Shown here piece after piece: positions 26,210 to 34,900 of a stretch of 64,000 nucleotides of DNA (positions are counted from its first letter, which is position 1; every line of letters begins with the position of its first letter). The notes beneath the pieces are model-generated. The model was not told the origin of the DNA. It ran no database searches and worked only from the letters and a program-made list of their open reading frames with translations. Position numbers and translations under genes: made by a program. This stretch comes from Acutalibacteraceae bacterium (GTDB lineage: Bacteria; Bacillota; Clostridia; Oscillospirales; Acutalibacteraceae), in contig JAZNJR010000003.1 of NCBI GenBank assembly GCA_045578165.1, forward strand, positions 1,402 to 65,401, given 5' to 3'.

Positions 26210-28462
26210 TTGAAATTGCAAAAAAGCTTGTCCCTCATATGTGCTTTAGCAATAACAGTTGTGTTATTTGCCGGCTGTTCATCAAATAAAAATGAAATTA
26301 AAAAGAATTCCTTCGATAAAGATGCGGTTTCATCAGTTATAGATGATAAATTTATCGCCGAAAACGATAATTTTAAGCTTGAACTTAATGAAGTTACAAT
26401 GGGTGTTGTTCTTACCGACAAGAAAACCGGTAAAACCTATGGCACTAACCCGCTTGAAGAGGGCGGCATTAAGTATGACGAATTAGGTATGCCGATAAAA
26501 CGTCACCCACAGCTTGAATCGGTGCTTTTTATTAAGTATCTTGACGTTAAAACAAACACCACCGCCGATATGATTTCATATACGGGTGCGGTTTCAAACG
26601 GTAGAACCGTTTATGAAAAAATCGAAAATGGAATAAAAATAAAATATTATTTTGACGATGCCGAAATTATGGTGCCGGTTACCTACACCTTAAGAGATAA
26701 GGGTATAGCATTAACCATTAATGCTGATGAAATTCAGGAAAATGAAAATATGCTTCTTACCGCATCCTTGGCACCGATGTTCTGTTCGACAAAAAACACC
26801 GATGACGGTTATTTGCTTTACCCATCGGGTTCGGGTGCACTTGTGTACGCTAAAGAAATTTCCGGTCCTGGTGAAAACTATTCTGCTGAAGTTTACGGTT
26901 TTGACGCTTCTAAAGAAAAGTGGGACCAAACCTCTACCGAAAAAGCTATAAGACTTCCCGTCTTGGGCGCAAAATTTGGCGAACAGGCAGTTTTGGGCAT
27001 TATCGAACAGGGCGCTGAATCTTCACTTATAGATATGAAGGTTGGCGCAACCTCTATTGGTTATTCTTCTGTTTACGTTACATATCAGCTTCGCGGCTAT
27101 ACCGCAAATATTAAGGAGCTTTATAACAACCGTTATTATAAGGGCGACGTTTATGCCGATAACCTTATAAGCGCCCCCCTTACCGTTTGTTATTACCCCT
27201 TGGCACAGGAAGACGCAAATTACAGTGCAATGGCTGAAGTTTACCGCAACTATCTTAACGAAACTGAAGGTAAGTCCGAAAACAGCACAGTATCAACCCT
27301 TGATATCACAATGGTTGGTGGTGCTATGATTCAAAAATCGTTCTTGGGTATACCTTATAAAACGTTATATAAAACCACAACCCTTACCGACGTTGAAAAA
27401 ATTGTTAATAAGCTTGAAAAAGACGGTGTAAAGGTTTCAAACCTTAACCTTACCGGCTTTACACAAAACGGTATTGACAGCAACAAGCTGGGCGGTGGGT
27501 TTAAGTTAGATTCAAAGCTTGGCAAGGCAGAACAGTTGACAAACCTTAATAAAAACTGTACCGACCTTGGCACAAACTTGTATTTTGATTTCAATATTGT
27601 AAGCTTTAACAAAGGCGGTAACGGTTTTAACACTTATTTTGATGCCGCTACCCGTGCCAACAAAAAGATTTCAAAGCTTTACAGTTTTGACATTGCGGTT
27701 TTGGGTCGTAATTCTAACGATGCATATTCAGTTTTGGCGCGTGACCGTTTAGAAGACGCTGCAAACAATGCGTTTGGCGCGGCTTCAAACTGGAAGTTAT
27801 CAGGCGTTGGCCTTTCATCCCTTTCAAACACCGCTTATTCGGACTATACAAATGAAAACAGCACCGAATTTTATGCAAAATCGGGAATGGCAAAGCAGGT
27901 TTCAAAAATTTATGCCACTTCAAAGAAAAATAAGCTTAACGTCCTTTCGAGTGACGCAAATGCTTATGCGGCTGCTGCTTCAAACCTTGTTTTAAACGTT
28001 CCAACCGCTTCAACCGGCGCATATCTTTTTGATGAAGACATTCCTTTCTATGCAATGGTTTTTCGTGGTCGTACTGCTATTTCGGGTGACAGCTTAAACC
28101 TTGCAATTGATAGTAATGAACAGCTTTTACAGTGTGTAGAAAGCGGCGCAGGCATTGCCTACACGCTTACAAATCGTTACGCAACAAAGCTTCTTGACAG
28201 CACCTCGGGCGTTTTTTATAACAGTCTTTACAGTGACTTAAAGAAAGAAATTAAAACAAATTACCAAAAGGTTGCCGCTTTTTATGAAAAAATCGGCAAC
28301 AGCGAAATCGTATCACATACCATTTGTGAAAACGGTCTTCGCGAAACGGTATTTGCAAATGGTGTTAAGGTTTACGTCAATTATCTTAACAGCGATTTAG
28401 AAACTGAAACCGGTATTGTTAAAGCGAAAAGCTTCTTGATAGAGGAGGCGAAGGCACAATGA
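26210..28462 (+). CDS. 750-aa lipoprotein of unknown function (I recall similar proteins annotated DUF5696; unverified)
   Basis: TTG start 7 nt after AAAGGAGG. Lipobox LFAGCSS. No catalytic motif I can name. Its stop overlaps the next start (ATGA). Confidence 0.45.
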   Translation: MKLQKSLSLICALAITVVLFAGCSSNKNEIKKNSFDKDAVSSVIDDKFIAENDNFKLELNEVTMGVVLTDKKTGKTYGTNPLEEGGIKYDELGMPIKRHPQLESVLFIKYLDVKTNTTADMISYTGAVSNGRTVYEKIENGIKIKYYFDDAEIMVPVTYTLRDKGIALTINADEIQENENMLLTASLAPMFCSTKNTDDGYLLYPSGSGALVYAKEISGPGENYSAEVYGFDASKEKWDQTSTEKAIRLPVLGAKFGEQAVLGIIEQGAESSLIDMKVGATSIGYSSVYVTYQLRGYTANIKELYNNRYYKGDVYADNLISAPLTVCYYPLAQEDANYSAMAEVYRNYLNETEGKSENSTVSTLDITMVGGAMIQKSFLGIPYKTLYKTTTLTDVEKIVNKLEKDGVKVSNLNLTGFTQNGIDSNKLGGGFKLDSKLGKAEQLTNLNKNCTDLGTNLYFDFNIVSFNKGGNGFNTYFDAATRANKKISKLYSFDIAVLGRNSNDAYSVLARDRLEDAANNAFGAASNWKLSGVGLSSLSNTAYSDYTNENSTEFYAKSGMAKQVSKIYATSKKNKLNVLSSDANAYAAAASNLVLNVPTASTGAYLFDEDIPFYAMVFRGRTAISGDSLNLAIDSNEQLLQCVESGAGIAYTLTNRYATKLLDSTSGVFYNSLYSDLKKEIKTNYQKVAAFYEKIGNSEIVSHTICENGLRETVFANGVKVYVNYLNSDLETETGIVKAKSFLIEEAKAQ

Positions 28463-29358
28463 AATTAAAAAGAAAAACAGGCGGTATTGAACAAATTAAA
28501 AGTCGTTACGGCTGGTTGTTTATTTCCACATGGCTTATTGGCGTTGTGCTTTTCTTCGCAATTCCGGTAATACAGTCAATAATTTATTCATTCTCGCAAA
28601 TGACTCTTACCGCCGACGGTGTAAAAACCGTATGGGTGGGACTTAAAAATTACAAATACATTATTGGCGAACACACAAGTTATTTAAACTGGCTTGGTAA
28701 ATCGGTTACAAATTTTGTTTATTCGCTTCCTATAATTGTAATTTTAAGCTTAATTTTGGCGATTTTACTTAACCAAAAATTCCGTGGTAGACTCTTCTTC
28801 CGTGCCCTTTACTTTATGCCCGTTATCATTGCAACCGGTGTTGTAATTGACTTGATTTCGGGTATGTCGGGCAGTGATATGACATCTTCTTCGGTTAATG
28901 AATCGGTGTCGGGCGGAATGTTCAGCGTACAAGATATTATCGCAATACTTGATTTGCCCGCCGAAGTCGCCACATTCGTACAAAAAATCATCAGTAACAT
29001 ATTCGACCTTATTTGGAACAGCGGTGTTCAAACCATTTTATTCCTTGCAGGGTTACAGTCAATACCCGCTACACTTTACGAAGCAAGTAAGGTTGAGGGC
29101 GCTACAAAGTGGGAAGAATTTTGGTTTATTACCTTCCCAATGCTTTCAAACGTTACCCTTTTGGTTGTAGTTTACACAATGGTTGAGCTTTTCGTTAGTA
29201 AAAGCAACGCGGTTGTTTCACAGGTTTACAGCTTAATGCGTGCCGCTGTTTACGACGAAACTTCAGCAATGATGTGGTTCTACTTCTTGTGTGTTGGTGC
29301 TGTTATGGGCGTTATTGTATTGCTTTATAAAAAGCTTTTACAAGACAGATGGTCTTAA
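28459..29358 (+). CDS. carbohydrate ABC transporter permease (set 2)
   Basis: 299 aa, EAA loop YEASKVEGATKWEEFWFITFP. Confidence 0.85.
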   Translation: MKLKRKTGGIEQIKSRYGWLFISTWLIGVVLFFAIPVIQSIIYSFSQMTLTADGVKTVWVGLKNYKYIIGEHTSYLNWLGKSVTNFVYSLPIIVILSLILAILLNQKFRGRLFFRALYFMPVIIATGVVIDLISGMSGSDMTSSSVNESVSGGMFSVQDIIAILDLPAEVATFVQKIISNIFDLIWNSGVQTILFLAGLQSIPATLYEASKVEGATKWEEFWFITFPMLSNVTLLVVVYTMVELFVSKSNAVVSQVYSLMRAAVYDETSAMMWFYFLCVGAVMGVIVLLYKKLLQDRWS

Positions 29359-29372
29359 AGGAGGAACTGAAA

Positions 29373-30365
29373 ATGAAAAACACTGAATCAATTTCAAGTT
29401 CTTTCCTTAATAAGAACACTATAAATTCCGCTAAAAAAGCGGCACCCGGCGCAATGATGTTTATTTTTCGTATGGTTTTGCTTGTATCTATCGGCTTTGT
29501 TATTATCTACCCGCTTATTTATATGATAGTAACCTCGCTCGTTAGCAGAAACGGTTTCTTTAACTCTACAAGAGTTTGGATTCCAGAAGCTATAAGCCCG
29601 TTGTTTAACTATAAAACAACCGCCACCCTTATGGATTATTTCAAATCGTTGTGGTCAACCGTAAGGTTCGAAATGGTCAGCGCTTTAATTGAGGTTTGTG
29701 CTTGTTGTGTAACCGCATATGGTTTTGCGCGTTTTAAGTTCAAATTTAAAGGCGTACTTATCGGTGTATTGTTCCTTACAATTTTGGTACCCGATATGAT
29801 GGTGCTTATTCCCCGAATGGCAAACTATTCAAAAATGGATATTTTGGGGATTTTGGGCTTGCTTGACAAATTTACAGGCATTGATTTAAGACCCAACATT
29901 TTAGGCACTGAAGCGGCATTCTATTTACCGTCGCTTTTCTCAATGGGTCTTCGTTCGGGTATTATGATATTCATTTATATGCAGTTCTTTGCAAGCTTCC
30001 CAAAAGAACTTGAAGAAGCTGCTTGGATAGACGGCGCAGGTCCTATTAAAACCTTCCTTAAAATAGCAGTTCCGTCTTCGGGCGTTGCTATTACAACCGT
30101 TTTGGTTTTCTCACTTATTTGGCACTGGAACGATTATTTGCTTTGTTCAATGTATTTGAATAACGAATACCCCTTGGCAATGCAGCTTAATTTATTACCA
30201 ACTAATTTAACAACAATGGGTTATTACCTTAACCCTGAAACCCCTGAAACCTTGGCATTCCAAATGGCAGGTTGTGTACTTTTCGTAACACCAATGCTTA
30301 TTATTTATATGATATTGCAACGTAAATTTATTGAAAGTATCGACCGTGTAGGTATTACGGGTTAA
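29373..30365 (+). CDS. carbohydrate ABC transporter permease (set 2)
   Basis: The start is moved to the ATG at 29373, after AAGGAGG. EAA loop EEAAWIDGAGPIKTFLKIAVP. Confidence 0.85.
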   Translation: MKNTESISSSFLNKNTINSAKKAAPGAMMFIFRMVLLVSIGFVIIYPLIYMIVTSLVSRNGFFNSTRVWIPEAISPLFNYKTTATLMDYFKSLWSTVRFEMVSALIEVCACCVTAYGFARFKFKFKGVLIGVLFLTILVPDMMVLIPRMANYSKMDILGILGLLDKFTGIDLRPNILGTEAAFYLPSLFSMGLRSGIMIFIYMQFFASFPKELEEAAWIDGAGPIKTFLKIAVPSSGVAITTVLVFSLIWHWNDYLLCSMYLNNEYPLAMQLNLLPTNLTTMGYYLNPETPETLAFQMAGCVLFVTPMLIIYMILQRKFIESIDRVGITG

Positions 30366-30416
30366 AAAATATAATTTATCGGTTTTGACCGAAAAATATA
30401 TAAAGGAGAAATTAGT

Positions 30417-31730
30417 ATGTTTAACAAAACAACAAAAACTATTGTACGTGCTTTGTGTTTGGTTCTTGTAATTGTTATGGCTGTTGGCTGTATCGGTTGC
30501 AATTCTGACGACAAGCAAGGTCCTAACAAGGGTGGCAACAGCAACGTAGACGCTGAAAAATATCGCGGTACGACCGTTGTTTACGCAACCTGGAAAAACC
30601 CCCATCAAAACGAAGATGGTAAGGTTGTTGACGAATTCCAGAAAAAGTATGGCATTACGGTTGAAATTGATATTACACCCCAAGAAACCTATGTTCAAGA
30701 AGTTGCAGGTAAAATCGCTTCCGGCGAATCGCCTGACATATTCTTCGACAACTGCTTCTTCCCTGCATCAATTTCTTGCTTACAGCCAATTGACGAAATG
30801 AAATTAGACCTTACCGACGGTATTTGGGACCAAGGTATGCTTGAAATGTCAAAGCTTGGCGGAAAATCATTCCTTGTAAACACAGTTGGTAATATCTGGG
30901 CAGAAGTTGACTGTCTTTTCTACAACAAGAAAATTTTTGCTGACAACAACATTACCACTCCTGAAGAATATGTATCAGCAGGCAAATGGAACTTTGCGGC
31001 TCTTACCAAATGTATGACCGACGTTAAAAACGCAGGTTATATCGGTGGTTACGTTGACGTTCAGTCACTTTTGGCTTCTACCGGTTCGGGCTTCTATAAG
31101 TATGAAAACGGTCGTTTCTCAAACGGTGTAAACGATATGACAACTACAGTTGTTAAGCAAATTTCACAATGGGTAAGTGACGGTCTTATTCGTGACCCCC
31201 GTGAATATAACCTTCTTAATAATTTCATTACCGGTAAAGCAGGTATTGCAATTACCAACGCTTACGGTATGAAAGCAACAGGTTACTTTGGCAAAATGAA
31301 CCCCAATGACGTTGGCTTTACTTACATTCCTCAGTTTGACGACAAAAACAAAGCTTATACCACAGGTCTTTTCCGTGGTTGGGGCCTTGTAAGAGGTGCT
31401 AAGAACCCCGTTGCTGCAGGTATCTTCCTCCGTTATTATCTTGATGCTAATAACTACGATACCGATTCTGCTTTCATCAACCCTGAAGCACAAAACTTCT
31501 TCTTCAAGCTTACTTCCGGTGTTGATACCGATGAAAAGAACCCCTACATGCTTTTGGGTATTACTCAACTTTGCAGTGAAAATGTTGCTGATTATACCGG
31601 TATTTCGGGTATGGCTCCAGGTCAGGTAAGTGCTCAAATTGCAGGCCTTGGCAACAAGATTAACAGCAACTCTAAAAAGCTTAACGAAGAAATCGACAAA
31701 CAGCTCGCTTCTTTAGGCCTTAAGCAGTGA
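30417..31730 (+). CDS. ABC transporter substrate-binding lipoprotein (set 2)
   Basis: 437 aa. Lipobox AVGCIGC. Typical length and periodicity of a sugar-binding protein. Confidence 0.75.
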   Translation: MFNKTTKTIVRALCLVLVIVMAVGCIGCNSDDKQGPNKGGNSNVDAEKYRGTTVVYATWKNPHQNEDGKVVDEFQKKYGITVEIDITPQETYVQEVAGKIASGESPDIFFDNCFFPASISCLQPIDEMKLDLTDGIWDQGMLEMSKLGGKSFLVNTVGNIWAEVDCLFYNKKIFADNNITTPEEYVSAGKWNFAALTKCMTDVKNAGYIGGYVDVQSLLASTGSGFYKYENGRFSNGVNDMTTTVVKQISQWVSDGLIRDPREYNLLNNFITGKAGIAITNAYGMKATGYFGKMNPNDVGFTYIPQFDDKNKAYTTGLFRGWGLVRGAKNPVAAGIFLRYYLDANNYDTDSAFINPEAQNFFFKLTSGVDTDEKNPYMLLGITQLCSENVADYTGISGMAPGQVSAQIAGLGNKINSNSKKLNEEIDKQLASLGLKQ

Positions 31731-31755
31731 TTTGATTTTTAAATTTAATCCGAAC

Positions 31756-31777
31756 GCCTTCTCCTTCGGGAGAAGGC
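31756..31777 (+). promoter_or_regulatory. GC-rich stem-loop without a T-tract (possible mRNA processing/stability element or weak attenuator)
   Basis: GCCTTCTCC-TTCG-GGAGAAGGC, 26 nt after the binding-protein stop. It is followed by AAGCGG rather than a T-run. Confidence 0.35.
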
Positions 31778-31973
31778 AAGCGGATATGAATTTATGGTTA
31801 AAATAAGGTTTATTACTTTAGTTATAAATTTTATTTTAGTTATAAATTTGTACTTTTTAGTGAGACGTTCTTTTAAAATGGGGGCAACCCCAAAATTCAA
31901 AAAGTAAATTACACATTTAATATGTGATAAAATAAACAAAAGAAACCCTTTAATTATGAAAGGAGAAAATTAG

Positions 31974-34900
31974 ATGGTTAATTTTGGTAAAATTTCGAAA
32001 AAAGCTATTGCTTTTTTGGTTGCAATTTCGGTGATTTTATCGTCGGTTGTAGTTAGTTTGGCTGTTGCCACAATTAACACTACTCCTGCATCAACTATAA
32101 ATAGTTGGTCCGGTGAAATTGCTGATAGTTATGCAGGTGGTACAGGTACAGCGACCGACCCCTATTTAATTGCAACACCTGAACAGCTTTCCCGTATGAT
32201 AGGGTATGATGTTCTTACAAATTACACCAGCAATATTCAAAACGGTTCAACAAATAAATATTACAAGCTTACTGCAGATATTTATTTAAATGACGTTTCT
32301 GAAGAAAATTGGTATGAAGGCGACAATCTAAATTATTGGTATTCTTCCGTTACAAGCCGTTTTTGCGGCAACTTTGACGGTGACGGTCATACCATTTACG
32401 GTTTGTGCTTCCAAGACGGTGCAACTCATGCGGGTCTTTTCAGCTTTGTTGACGCATGGGACGATGCCCGCACCATCAAAAACTTAACAATTTCACACTC
32501 TTATATGAAGGGTGGCTATGCCGGCGGTATTATTGCGGTTGGTAAAAGCGGTACTTCTAAAAAGATTACCTTTGAAAATTGTTACGTTACCGATACTGTA
32601 ATTGTTGAGGGTACTACCACCGGTAGCAATAATAACTACCCGTACGAAGCGGGTATTGTTGGTTATTCATATTCGGGCAATACCACACCGTACGTTTTCC
32701 AAAACTGTGCGTCACTTGCTAAACAGCAAGACGGTAGCTTCCTTAAATATGGTTTTATTGGTTTAAATGCTACATGGTATATGGAACTTTATTACACCAT
32801 TTCTAACAGTTTTGCTTATGCTAATTCTTGGCATGGTGTTACCTCTAAGGGAACTTCAACCGACTGCTATTTAATAGATGACCTTTCATTAATTACAGGC
32901 ACCTCTGCAAAAAGTAATATGCCTAATCTTAATTGGGGCATTTGGCAAACAACAACTAAATACCCAACATATAAAAAGGTTACCCCTAACGGAACTAAGG
33001 GCGAAGTTTGGTCGGGTGCCATTGCACAGGAATATGCAGGCGGTACCGGTACCGAGGGCGACCCCTATTTAATTGAAACACCTGAACAATTGGCACGTAT
33101 GGTTGGTCATGATGTGTTAACCAACTACACAGGCAATATTCAAAACGGTTCAGTAAATAAGTATTACAAGTTAACCGCTGATATTTATCTTAACGACGTT
33201 TCAAGTGCAACCTGGTACAATTCAAGCGACGTTAATAAATGGTATTCTTCTGCCGCAAGTCGTTTCTGCGGTAGCTTTGATGGCGACGGTTATACAATTT
33301 ATGGTCTTTACACCAACCCGTCTGCACAGTACTGCGGTCTTTTCCCGGTTGTTGACGCTTGGTCGGCAAACCGCACCTTTAAAGACGTAACTATTTCTAA
33401 ATCATATATTTCTTCAAATCACGCATCGGCTATGGCAGGTGCTATTGCTGGTAGAATTTATTCCGGCAATAACAAAACAGTTTATTTCAACAACTGTTAC
33501 GTAACTGATTCTGTTGTATTTGCCAAGAATTCATCTTCAAATTATTGGGGCGGTATTGTTGGTTACGCACACCCCAACTCTTCATCATTCTTCTCTTATA
33601 CAGCTTGCGCTGTTTTGGCAAGTGTTCCCACAGCAAGCGGCTTTGTTGGTTGCGAACCCGCAAGCGGTACAACCACAATTGCAAACAGCTTTACCGCAAA
33701 CGTAAACTGGTGTCCCGCTAACAGAGCATCTGCTACAGACTCTTACCGCATATCTGACATTAGCAAAATTTACGGTACTGCCGCAAAGACAGCAATGCCC
33801 GCTTTGGCATGGAATTATATTTGGCAAACAACCGAAAACGGTTACCCCACTTATCTTAACCGTGAATATGACGTAAATGGTAACGTTGGCGGTGTTTGGT
33901 CAGGTCTTACCGCACTTGATTACGCAGGTGGTTCGGGTACTGAAGTTGACCCGTATAAAATTGCCACTGCCGAACAGTTCGTAAAAATGCTTAAGGATTC
34001 TTCCAACGCAGGTAAGTATTACGAGCTTATTTCCGACATTAAATTCAACGACACTTCTGTTGCAAATTGGCAGGAAAATGCAAGGTCATGGTCTTGCATA
34101 ACTAACCGTTTTAAAGGTTACTTTAACGGTAAAGGTCATACCGTAAGCGGTTTATATTATAACGGTACTGAAAATAATATCGGTCTTTTCTGCGTTGCAC
34201 AGGACGCTACAATTGAAAATCTCATTTTAGATAACAGCTTTATTAAGTCTTCCGGTTATGCTGTTGGTGGTATAATTGGTCAAGGCGTGGGCTCTATTAA
34301 CGTTAACAAGTGTATTGTTGGCAAAAACGTTGCAATCGAATCCACCTACGAAGGAAACGATGCAGGTGCCGGCGGTATTGTAGGTTACGGTAATGGCGAT
34401 ATTAAAATCAACACTTGTGCAGTTTTAGCTACCGTTAGCGCAACTCGTTTTGCGGGCTCAATGGCAGGTAACTGCTGGACCAAGGTTACTGTTAAAAACA
34501 GTTATTCCAGCGCAAACATTAAATTCTGCAGCAAACGTAATTTGGAAACCGAATCTGACTTTAACTATTCAACCTATGAAGAAGGCGACAGTAGCGTAGT
34601 ATACGTTTCACCGGATGCTATGATAGGCGAAGCCGCTAAAGAAGGTATGGAAGGTCTTAGTTGGGACAGAGCATGGGTAACAACCGATGGTTACCCCATG
34701 TGCAAATTCGATAAGGAGCCCGGCGCTGCCGAAGGTATTTGGTCGGGTAATATTGCGTCTGAATATGCAGGCGGTAGCGGTACCAAGGCAGACCCGTACT
34801 TAATTGAAAACGGCGAACAACTTGCATTAATGGTTACCGACGTTAATTCCGAAGGCAAATATTATAAGCTTACCAAAGACATTAAGCTTAACGATACCTC

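Noticed and set aside
30207-30698. 163-aa minus-strand ORF, together with the other long antisense ORFs (24670-25065, 36597-37037, 44370-44756, 48009-48449, 51534-52004, 59737-60108)
   Set aside because: Each lies fully inside, and opposite to, a gene with strong family motifs. None has an RBS or a recognisable domain.
31817-31849. Possible CRISPR-like or tandem array
   Set aside because: There are only two 15-bp copies with a 3-bp spacer, and no cas genes anywhere in the window, so I treat it as a regulatory repeat.
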